A program made the position numbers and the translations under genes. DNA of 64,000 bases from Bdellovibrionales bacterium. Lineage in GTDB: Bacteria > Bdellovibrionota > Bdellovibrionia > Bdellovibrionales > UBA1609. The notes under the pieces are model-generated. The model saw only the letters and a program-made list of their open reading frames with translations, had not been told where the DNA came from and did no database searches. This document shows, in pieces, positions 28,701-37,098 of this stretch (its first letter is position 1; each line of letters starts with the position of its first letter). The stretch lies in contig CBDHDF010000002.1 in the NCBI GenBank assembly GCA_965261545.1, forward strand, positions 130,417 through 194,416, given 5' to 3'.

Positions 28701-28926
28701 CAAGAAAAGCCAATGGACTCTGTCTTCCCCTCTTCGATCCGCCTATTGGCTGGCCAATGTGAGGTGCAATGGTGAGGAACAGTCTCTTCTCAATTGTGGT
28801 GGTGTGTTCCAGTCCTCCCTCGGTCAACATAATTGCCAACTGACAGATGCGGTCCATATCACCTGCACCACCGTGGATGCAGATAACAACAACAATTACA
28901 CTGTTGGCCCTCCGGAGAAGGAGTAG
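25777..28926 (+). CDS. Giant surface lipoprotein paralog: Pro/Gln repeat linker, about 4 FN3 modules, conserved cassette and SRCR
   Basis: 1049 aa; the start may be the second ATG at 25783. The signal ends ISALCLG-C-QKKKK and is followed by three copies of QQQQLPPPSSPAPQPPPVS. It has four FN3 modules and the conserved cassette. The SRCR-like end reads GEIRLIHGG...WRAICHDSSWGIEEAQVACRRAGY...YWLANVRCNGEEQSLLNCG...HNC...VHITC. Confidence 0.9.
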   Translation: MIMNIICKIRNSYKKIHLYLIVIMISALCLGCQKKKKWKSITQAPTTSAPVAPASVPQQSPPSSPTPQPPPVSPVSQQQQLPPPSSPAPQPPPVSQQQQLPPPSSPAPQPPPVSQQQQLPPPSSPAPQPPPVSQQQQQPPPVPLAQQPPTAPKDLMASSRDTRVYLEWKAPSSGGGTITHYQFRKKPRGSHEYHAWKNIPNSGPGGSNNASFGVGSLTNNHIYYFQVRAVNSARHGPASREVGAKPSSFPRSPNSPRLIGAIRHRGNVHLTWDPPTDDGGSPIVRYGYYIQHDGSNYDNIRYKNIPESGPGEVHERSYLVEENLARNSYHFFIIAFNMDGQKSDHSRTYSVNIPYHHLAEFRQAATSPRSPPHNLTGTARDKEIYLKWGFTSNHNNGGKPITHHQYRKKAGTGSYESWVNIPNSAFSKAHDRSYMVTGLQNNTEYTFQVRSVNSVGESSASNEVALTPRAWVRPPLPRAPLAPQAFTAENTCTDVSRELRTHLSWKSPLDSGTSPITKYQYRAEIEGWNIVTQDWTDIPPERGTLLPKSHSTTDIHYGLEYTFKVRAVSKVSPGLPSTGQKVTPKKWRVGKRDIGFQPSPKVVAGIAGSYKINPYRDIPSLPQGGTCTIALTEGRGFSYEDTSKVLSWPSSITVGAKALEGTIQCSPNNLMYCTNLSNPSDTTPPPPHDWTYSLEVIEALNTLSTQSKNGSIVLSWKVSPMGTVPHSFEYRKKAGTNNYRSWTPIPNSGAGQANRESYSVSSANGVMQTFELRAKSSPGTNATFSDYNAAKGMALPALTNFRGTTGEADPGTGGSRWVRLSWNRMSSSYRSFIAKYVLEASMDGGTTWFTSSEFNPPRSALDASATHTYIGTELGRREMWKFRISAKTSSTMGEIRSIPSSTLSIRTSNFNALNERIANGEIRLIHGGRDRGGGEGVAQFGHSGSWRAICHDSSWGIEEAQVACRRAGYPGATSTKKSQWTLSSPLRSAYWLANVRCNGEEQSLLNCGGVFQSSLGQHNCQLTDAVHITCTTVDADNNNNYTVGPPEKE
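26005..26175 (+). repeat. 57-bp x 3 in-frame tandem repeat (QQQQLPPPSSPAPQPPPVS), with partial copies flanking
   Basis: Three consecutive 19-codon units are visible in both the DNA and the translation. The alternative-frame ORFs 25902..26243(-) and 25928..26275(+) are shadows of this repeat. Confidence 0.9.
28534..28870 (+). other. SRCR-like domain-coding segment of gene 3
   Basis: Same SRCR pattern, with a slightly longer first loop (GGRDRGGGEGVAQFGHSGSW). Confidence 0.75.
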
Positions 28927-29014
28927 CAAGCCTAGAGGCAAAGAAGGAAGGACAAATGAAAGTTAAATTGGTTTCACACATTTTAGAGCCATCTGATGGA
29001 GGTCTCTCGTCGTG

Positions 29015-30709
29015 CTATGGAGATCGGGAATCGGGAGGACTGTACTCACGAAATGTACCATCTTTTACCTGAAGGCCGTTGAGCAAGGGGTCTGTTCCTA
29101 GTTTTTGCACACTGTGCTTAAGAATCCCCATGCTATCAGGATCGTCTTGTAAAACCTGGATATAGTAAACAAGAACAGCATTTTCATGGGCCTCATGCTC
29201 AAGCCCTGGAAGGGTATTGCCCGCTGGCACAGCCAGTGTTTCGTAGACCGGGAGCACCCTTTGTTGAAAACTATAGCAGTCTTTTTTCACATCATTGAGG
29301 GGTGTTAACCTTGTATCATAGGCAGCCACGTCGGGATCTTTGAACAAAGGGTTTCTATGCTGTTTTATCTGCACAAGAACACTTTCCTCTCCATCTGGGT
29401 TATCCTTGATATTTTCACGGTCGAGAGCCGCCGTATAACGAGTGGACCGACCCGTCCTTTGGGCAGCAAAGTAGATAAATGTTTCAATTCCATCTAAAAC
29501 CCCATCCTTATCTGTATCAAAAGCTTCAGGGTTTCCCCTCGTCATCGTAAGACCTTGCGTACGACCACTGCCTGAATGCTTCCTAATTTCATGTTCTTCA
29601 CATTTTGTCAGTAAATCAAAGTCTTGGTCAGAACGATCCTGACATGCTGGCAACAATGTTCCCGGATACCTAAAGCGCAGCCAGTGAAAAAAGTCTCCAT
29701 AGCCATCTCCAAAACTAAAGCGGTTGGCGGGATCAAAGGTTTTCCCCTCCTTCTTTAATTCTTCAGCATACAAATTGTTCATTGTCCTTTCATCGCGATC
29801 ACACATTCCATCTGCATCTGAGTCCACATCAACCCTTCCGTCAAAACAAAATCCAGCATTGAGATTGTAAACCAAAAATTCCTTAAGACTCCATGGCATC
29901 ACAGTATTGGTGACAAAAAGTTGATCCAAATCCCATTTGTCACCACTCTCAAAATTGACAAAATTTCCACCACCCACTTTTGCCATATCTTCAAGTATCT
30001 TAATCGCACCGGCATTGCCATTGCCATAAAAGGCTGTGCTTAAATAAATTTTCCCACCTACCGTATTGGCAAGACTGGAAACTGTGGATTTATTATCTCC
30101 ATCATTTGGTCGTCCATCTGAAATAAGAAATACGATATATTTTGACCTTTCATCGGGAAACTTCAACATGTCATTCTCAATGGCACTTTTTGTCATCATG
30201 AGGGCCAGTCCATACTGTGTACCTCCACGGAAGGGATTTGCCCGGATTTTATTGGTGGCTAATTTGACTTCATTGGAATCCTTTGTAAAAGTGGCCTTCG
30301 TTTTGTCACCACTGTCATGAATAAGAGCCCTAGGTTGGTTATTAAATAAGATGACTCCATACTGATAGTGCTTTTGATTTTGCAGGGACAAGTCATCTAC
30401 AAATTTGTCAATATTGTCAGCACGCTTGGACCCATTTTTGTCTGTCCCGCTGTTACTTCCTGAGATATCCACCACAAACATAATCTTTATAAAGGTTTTT
30501 TTGTCTAGAGGATCGTCAATACAGAAATTATCTTGAGAAGCCACAGACGATGCCTCTATGGGAGGTGAAGGAACAATAGATACATCCGCACATCCATTGA
30601 AGATCAAAGCCAAGGCTAAAGCCAAAGCCCAAGACAAAAAAAGAGGATAAATCCGAGATTTTCCACGCTGTTTTAAAATGATATGTCCTATATGATTTGA
30701 ACTGTACAT
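29015..30709 (-). CDS. vWA-domain lipoprotein with thrombospondin-type-3-like Ca-binding repeats (copy 1 of 3)
   Basis: Signal ...LALALALIFNG-C-ADV. The MIDAS-type vWA start is KIMFVVDISGSNSG and is followed by FLISDGRPNDGD. Acidic Ca-binding repeats are DVDSDADGMCDRDE and DTDKDGVLDGIE. I chose the ATG at 30709 (preceded by aggggga); the track uses the GTG at 30724. Confidence 0.85.
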   Translation of the reverse strand: MYSSNHIGHIILKQRGKSRIYPLFLSWALALALALIFNGCADVSIVPSPPIEASSVASQDNFCIDDPLDKKTFIKIMFVVDISGSNSGTDKNGSKRADNIDKFVDDLSLQNQKHYQYGVILFNNQPRALIHDSGDKTKATFTKDSNEVKLATNKIRANPFRGGTQYGLALMMTKSAIENDMLKFPDERSKYIVFLISDGRPNDGDNKSTVSSLANTVGGKIYLSTAFYGNGNAGAIKILEDMAKVGGGNFVNFESGDKWDLDQLFVTNTVMPWSLKEFLVYNLNAGFCFDGRVDVDSDADGMCDRDERTMNNLYAEELKKEGKTFDPANRFSFGDGYGDFFHWLRFRYPGTLLPACQDRSDQDFDLLTKCEEHEIRKHSGSGRTQGLTMTRGNPEAFDTDKDGVLDGIETFIYFAAQRTGRSTRYTAALDRENIKDNPDGEESVLVQIKQHRNPLFKDPDVAAYDTRLTPLNDVKKDCYSFQQRVLPVYETLAVPAGNTLPGLEHEAHENAVLVYYIQVLQDDPDSMGILKHSVQKLGTDPLLNGLQVKDGTFREYSPPDSRSP

Positions 30710-30838
30710 GCTTCCCCCTAACACTTTAAGGATGCAAGTTAGAGGCCAAAAAATAGGGACTTCTCTTTGAGTTGAATGGGGGGATGAGGTCGGATCGGGT
30801 CGGGCTGATGTTTATAGTTTGAACAAGCTTTATAAAAA

Positions 30839-32085
30839 CTAACAGTGACCTAAAGCCATGAGACACTTGGGGCAAATTCCTTCGTATTCCCCCATTGTAC
30901 CTAAATGAGAACTATAATGCCAACAACGCGGACACTTATCACCAGCAGCTGAGTGGGCTTCCACTTTGAACTCATCAGCTTTCAGTTCATTGGCCTCTTG
31001 AAGTTGAACCTGGGAAACAATAAGAATTTCTCTCAAATAATCAAATGGACCCTTTTCTTGGCCCTCTCCCTCTAAGGGGAGGTCTTGACCCTTCTGAATA
31101 CCCTGAAGAACCTCTAAGAAAGTGGGTGGAGCATAAATAGTCACAGCGGCATCCAAACTAGAACCAATAACCTTATCCTTTCTCATGGGTTCAAGGACCT
31201 TAGACACAGCTGATCGCACCTCCATAACTTTTTCAACTTGCTCTTGAATTTTCTTGTTTTGCCATGCCGGTTGAAATTGAGGAAAATTCTCAAGAAAAAC
31301 AGAAGGCGATCTCGTACCTGGAATATAACTATAAACCTCCTCACTGAGAAAACTTAAAATGGGGGCCATCAAAGTATTGAGGTGGGTTAACAGTTCATAA
31401 AATACTGTTTGAGAGGACCTTCGATTTCGCCCTTCTTTCGACCAAGTATAGAGGCGATCTTTTAGAATATCTAAGTAGGTCGCTGACAAGTCCACAGTAT
31501 AAAAATGGTTTACAGTATGATAAACCTTACAATATTCATAGGAGTCATAAAAAGATGTGACATCTTTGACCAACTGGTTGAGCTTTATGAGAGCCCATTG
31601 ATCCAAGGGAGGCATATGGGAAAATTCAACCCCATGTATTTCTGGGTCGAAGTCCACAAGATTGCCCAACAAAAACCGAAGGGTGTTTCTGATGCGTCGA
31701 TAAGACTCCGTCACTCTTTGGAAAATTTCTTGGCCCGCATTGACATCTTGGCCATAGTCCTCATAAGCCACCCAAAGTCTAAGAATCTCAGCTCCACTGC
31801 TCTTAATAACCTCTGCGGGGTCCACAACATTTCCACGACTTTTGCTCATTTTCATGCCCTCGCTATCGTTGACAAAACCATGGGTGAGCAGGGCCTTAAA
31901 AGGAGGTTCACCATAGGCGGCAAGAGAAGAAACAAGACTTGTTTGAAACCAACCACGGTGCTGATCGCTTCCCTCAATGTAAATATCTGCGGGAAAACCC
32001 AACTCCTCCCTCTTTTTTTGAACCGCCGTATGACAAACTCCTGAGTCAAACCACACATCGAGAATATCCCGGCCATGGGTAAAAA
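30839..32085 (-). pseudogene. Truncated 3' fragment of ileS (C-terminal ~405-415 codons) created by the amplification
   Basis: Identical to the last 1247 nt of full-length ileS (37099..38345). It lacks the HIGH motif and the editing domain. It retains KMSKS, the anticodon-binding region and the CPRC...CPKC zinc finger. A TAA stop lies 5 codons upstream of the junction in frame. Confidence 0.9.
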
Positions 32086-32144
32086 ATGAAAGTTAAATTG
32101 GTTTCACACATTTTAGAGCCATCTGATGGAGGTCTCTCGTCGTG

Positions 32145-33839
32145 CTATGGAGATCGGGAATCGGGAGGACTGTACTCACGAAATGTACCATCTTTTACCT
32201 GAAGGCCGTTGAGCAAGGGGTCTGTTCCTAGTTTTTGCACACTGTGCTTAAGAATCCCCATGCTATCAGGATCGTCTTGTAAAACCTGGATATAGTAAAC
32301 AAGAACAGCATTTTCATGGGCCTCATGCTCAAGCCCTGGAAGGGTATTGCCCGCTGGCACAGCCAGTGTTTCGTAGACCGGGAGCACCCTTTGTTGAAAA
32401 CTATAGCAGTCTTTTTTCACATCATTGAGGGGTGTTAACCTTGTATCATAGGCAGCCACGTCGGGATCTTTGAACAAAGGGTTTCTATGCTGTTTTATCT
32501 GCACAAGAACACTTTCCTCTCCATCTGGGTTATCCTTGATATTTTCACGGTCGAGAGCCGCCGTATAACGAGTGGACCGACCCGTCCTTTGGGCAGCAAA
32601 GTAGATAAATGTTTCAATTCCATCTAAAACCCCATCCTTATCTGTATCAAAAGCTTCAGGGTTTCCCCTCGTCATCGTAAGACCTTGCGTACGACCACTG
32701 CCTGAATGCTTCCTAATTTCATGTTCTTCACATTTTGTCAGTAAATCAAAGTCTTGGTCAGAACGATCCTGACATGCTGGCAACAATGTTCCCGGATACC
32801 TAAAGCGCAGCCAGTGAAAAAAGTCTCCATAGCCATCTCCAAAACTAAAGCGGTTGGCGGGATCAAAGGTTTTCCCCTCCTTCTTTAATTCTTCAGCATA
32901 CAAATTGTTCATTGTCCTTTCATCGCGATCACACATTCCATCTGCATCTGAGTCCACATCAACCCTTCCGTCAAAACAAAATCCAGCATTGAGATTGTAA
33001 ACCAAAAATTCCTTAAGACTCCATGGCATCACAGTATTGGTGACAAAAAGTTGATCCAAATCCCATTTGTCACCACTCTCAAAATTGACAAAATTTCCAC
33101 CACCCACTTTTGCCATATCTTCAAGTATCTTAATCGCACCGGCATTGCCATTGCCATAAAAGGCTGTGCTTAAATAAATTTTCCCACCTACCGTATTGGC
33201 AAGACTGGAAACTGTGGATTTATTATCTCCATCATTTGGTCGTCCATCTGAAATAAGAAATACGATATATTTTGACCTTTCATCGGGAAACTTCAACATG
33301 TCATTCTCAATGGCACTTTTTGTCATCATGAGGGCCAGTCCATACTGTGTACCTCCACGGAAGGGATTTGCCCGGATTTTATTGGTGGCTAATTTGACTT
33401 CATTGGAATCCTTTGTAAAAGTGGCCTTCGTTTTGTCACCACTGTCATGAATAAGAGCCCTAGGTTGGTTATTAAATAAGATGACTCCATACTGATAGTG
33501 CTTTTGATTTTGCAGGGACAAGTCATCTACAAATTTGTCAATATTGTCAGCACGCTTGGACCCATTTTTGTCTGTCCCGCTGTTACTTCCTGAGATATCC
33601 ACCACAAACATAATCTTTATAAAGGTTTTTTTGTCTAGAGGATCGTCAATACAGAAATTATCTTGAGAAGCCACAGACGATGCCTCTATGGGAGGTGAAG
33701 GAACAATAGATACATCCGCACATCCATTGAAGATCAAAGCCAAGGCTAAAGCCAAAGCCCAAGACAAAAAAAGAGGATAAATCCGAGATTTTCCACGCTG
33801 TTTTAAAATGATATGTCCTATATGATTTGAACTGTACAT
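32145..33839 (-). CDS. vWA-domain lipoprotein (copy 2 of 3, identical)
   Basis: Identical translation to 29015..30709, offset 3130 bp. Confidence 0.85.
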   Translation of the reverse strand: MYSSNHIGHIILKQRGKSRIYPLFLSWALALALALIFNGCADVSIVPSPPIEASSVASQDNFCIDDPLDKKTFIKIMFVVDISGSNSGTDKNGSKRADNIDKFVDDLSLQNQKHYQYGVILFNNQPRALIHDSGDKTKATFTKDSNEVKLATNKIRANPFRGGTQYGLALMMTKSAIENDMLKFPDERSKYIVFLISDGRPNDGDNKSTVSSLANTVGGKIYLSTAFYGNGNAGAIKILEDMAKVGGGNFVNFESGDKWDLDQLFVTNTVMPWSLKEFLVYNLNAGFCFDGRVDVDSDADGMCDRDERTMNNLYAEELKKEGKTFDPANRFSFGDGYGDFFHWLRFRYPGTLLPACQDRSDQDFDLLTKCEEHEIRKHSGSGRTQGLTMTRGNPEAFDTDKDGVLDGIETFIYFAAQRTGRSTRYTAALDRENIKDNPDGEESVLVQIKQHRNPLFKDPDVAAYDTRLTPLNDVKKDCYSFQQRVLPVYETLAVPAGNTLPGLEHEAHENAVLVYYIQVLQDDPDSMGILKHSVQKLGTDPLLNGLQVKDGTFREYSPPDSRSP

Positions 33840-33968
33840 GCTTCCCCCTAACACTTTAAGGATGCAAGTTAGAGGCCAAAAAATAGGGACTTCTCTTTGA
33901 GTTGAATGGGGGGATGAGGTCGGATCGGGTCGGGCTGATGTTTATAGTTTGAACAAGCTTTATAAAAA

Positions 33969-35215
33969 CTAACAGTGACCTAAAGCCATGAGACACTTGG
34001 GGCAAATTCCTTCGTATTCCCCCATTGTACCTAAATGAGAACTATAATGCCAACAACGCGGACACTTATCACCAGCAGCTGAGTGGGCTTCCACTTTGAA
34101 CTCATCAGCTTTCAGTTCATTGGCCTCTTGAAGTTGAACCTGGGAAACAATAAGAATTTCTCTCAAATAATCAAATGGACCCTTTTCTTGGCCCTCTCCC
34201 TCTAAGGGGAGGTCTTGACCCTTCTGAATACCCTGAAGAACCTCTAAGAAAGTGGGTGGAGCATAAATAGTCACAGCGGCATCCAAACTAGAACCAATAA
34301 CCTTATCCTTTCTCATGGGTTCAAGGACCTTAGACACAGCTGATCGCACCTCCATAACTTTTTCAACTTGCTCTTGAATTTTCTTGTTTTGCCATGCCGG
34401 TTGAAATTGAGGAAAATTCTCAAGAAAAACAGAAGGCGATCTCGTACCTGGAATATAACTATAAACCTCCTCACTGAGAAAACTTAAAATGGGGGCCATC
34501 AAAGTATTGAGGTGGGTTAACAGTTCATAAAATACTGTTTGAGAGGACCTTCGATTTCGCCCTTCTTTCGACCAAGTATAGAGGCGATCTTTTAGAATAT
34601 CTAAGTAGGTCGCTGACAAGTCCACAGTATAAAAATGGTTTACAGTATGATAAACCTTACAATATTCATAGGAGTCATAAAAAGATGTGACATCTTTGAC
34701 CAACTGGTTGAGCTTTATGAGAGCCCATTGATCCAAGGGAGGCATATGGGAAAATTCAACCCCATGTATTTCTGGGTCGAAGTCCACAAGATTGCCCAAC
34801 AAAAACCGAAGGGTGTTTCTGATGCGTCGATAAGACTCCGTCACTCTTTGGAAAATTTCTTGGCCCGCATTGACATCTTGGCCATAGTCCTCATAAGCCA
34901 CCCAAAGTCTAAGAATCTCAGCTCCACTGCTCTTAATAACCTCTGCGGGGTCCACAACATTTCCACGACTTTTGCTCATTTTCATGCCCTCGCTATCGTT
35001 GACAAAACCATGGGTGAGCAGGGCCTTAAAAGGAGGTTCACCATAGGCGGCAAGAGAAGAAACAAGACTTGTTTGAAACCAACCACGGTGCTGATCGCTT
35101 CCCTCAATGTAAATATCTGCGGGAAAACCCAACTCCTCCCTCTTTTTTTGAACCGCCGTATGACAAACTCCTGAGTCAAACCACACATCGAGAATATCCC
35201 GGCCATGGGTAAAAA
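33969..35215 (-). pseudogene. Truncated 3' fragment of ileS (second copy)
   Basis: Identical to 30839..32085, offset 3130 bp. Confidence 0.9.
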
Positions 35216-35274
35216 ATGAAAGTTAAATTGGTTTCACACATTTTAGAGCCATCTGATGGAGGTCTCTCGTCGTG

Positions 35275-36969
35275 CTATGGAGATCGGGAATCGGGAGGAC
35301 TGTACTCACGAAATGTACCATCTTTTACCTGAAGGCCGTTGAGCAAGGGGTCTGTTCCTAGTTTTTGCACACTGTGCTTAAGAATCCCCATGCTATCAGG
35401 ATCGTCTTGTAAAACCTGGATATAGTAAACAAGAACAGCATTTTCATGGGCCTCATGCTCAAGCCCTGGAAGGGTATTGCCCGCTGGCACAGCCAGTGTT
35501 TCGTAGACCGGGAGCACCCTTTGTTGAAAACTATAGCAGTCTTTTTTCACATCATTGAGGGGTGTTAACCTTGTATCATAGGCAGCCACGTCGGGATCTT
35601 TGAACAAAGGGTTTCTATGCTGTTTTATCTGCACAAGAACACTTTCCTCTCCATCTGGGTTATCCTTGATATTTTCACGGTCGAGAGCCGCCGTATAACG
35701 AGTGGACCGACCCGTCCTTTGGGCAGCAAAGTAGATAAATGTTTCAATTCCATCTAAAACCCCATCCTTATCTGTATCAAAAGCTTCAGGGTTTCCCCTC
35801 GTCATCGTAAGACCTTGCGTACGACCACTGCCTGAATGCTTCCTAATTTCATGTTCTTCACATTTTGTCAGTAAATCAAAGTCTTGGTCAGAACGATCCT
35901 GACATGCTGGCAACAATGTTCCCGGATACCTAAAGCGCAGCCAGTGAAAAAAGTCTCCATAGCCATCTCCAAAACTAAAGCGGTTGGCGGGATCAAAGGT
36001 TTTCCCCTCCTTCTTTAATTCTTCAGCATACAAATTGTTCATTGTCCTTTCATCGCGATCACACATTCCATCTGCATCTGAGTCCACATCAACCCTTCCG
36101 TCAAAACAAAATCCAGCATTGAGATTGTAAACCAAAAATTCCTTAAGACTCCATGGCATCACAGTATTGGTGACAAAAAGTTGATCCAAATCCCATTTGT
36201 CACCACTCTCAAAATTGACAAAATTTCCACCACCCACTTTTGCCATATCTTCAAGTATCTTAATCGCACCGGCATTGCCATTGCCATAAAAGGCTGTGCT
36301 TAAATAAATTTTCCCACCTACCGTATTGGCAAGACTGGAAACTGTGGATTTATTATCTCCATCATTTGGTCGTCCATCTGAAATAAGAAATACGATATAT
36401 TTTGACCTTTCATCGGGAAACTTCAACATGTCATTCTCAATGGCACTTTTTGTCATCATGAGGGCCAGTCCATACTGTGTACCTCCACGGAAGGGATTTG
36501 CCCGGATTTTATTGGTGGCTAATTTGACTTCATTGGAATCCTTTGTAAAAGTGGCCTTCGTTTTGTCACCACTGTCATGAATAAGAGCCCTAGGTTGGTT
36601 ATTAAATAAGATGACTCCATACTGATAGTGCTTTTGATTTTGCAGGGACAAGTCATCTACAAATTTGTCAATATTGTCAGCACGCTTGGACCCATTTTTG
36701 TCTGTCCCGCTGTTACTTCCTGAGATATCCACCACAAACATAATCTTTATAAAGGTTTTTTTGTCTAGAGGATCGTCAATACAGAAATTATCTTGAGAAG
36801 CCACAGACGATGCCTCTATGGGAGGTGAAGGAACAATAGATACATCCGCACATCCATTGAAGATCAAAGCCAAGGCTAAAGCCAAAGCCCAAGACAAAAA
36901 AAGAGGATAAATCCGAGATTTTCCACGCTGTTTTAAAATGATATGTCCTATATGATTTGAACTGTACAT
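35275..36969 (-). CDS. vWA-domain lipoprotein (copy 3 of 3, identical; directly downstream of intact ileS)
   Basis: Identical translation, offset 6260 bp from copy 1. Confidence 0.85.
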   Translation of the reverse strand: MYSSNHIGHIILKQRGKSRIYPLFLSWALALALALIFNGCADVSIVPSPPIEASSVASQDNFCIDDPLDKKTFIKIMFVVDISGSNSGTDKNGSKRADNIDKFVDDLSLQNQKHYQYGVILFNNQPRALIHDSGDKTKATFTKDSNEVKLATNKIRANPFRGGTQYGLALMMTKSAIENDMLKFPDERSKYIVFLISDGRPNDGDNKSTVSSLANTVGGKIYLSTAFYGNGNAGAIKILEDMAKVGGGNFVNFESGDKWDLDQLFVTNTVMPWSLKEFLVYNLNAGFCFDGRVDVDSDADGMCDRDERTMNNLYAEELKKEGKTFDPANRFSFGDGYGDFFHWLRFRYPGTLLPACQDRSDQDFDLLTKCEEHEIRKHSGSGRTQGLTMTRGNPEAFDTDKDGVLDGIETFIYFAAQRTGRSTRYTAALDRENIKDNPDGEESVLVQIKQHRNPLFKDPDVAAYDTRLTPLNDVKKDCYSFQQRVLPVYETLAVPAGNTLPGLEHEAHENAVLVYYIQVLQDDPDSMGILKHSVQKLGTDPLLNGLQVKDGTFREYSPPDSRSP

Positions 36970-37098
36970 GCTTCCCCCTAACACTTTAAGGATGCAAGTT
37001 AGAGGCCAAAAAATAGGGACTTCTCTTTGAGTTGAATGGGGGGATGAGGTCGGATCGGGTCGGGCTGATGTTTATAGTTTGAACAAGCTTTATAAAAA

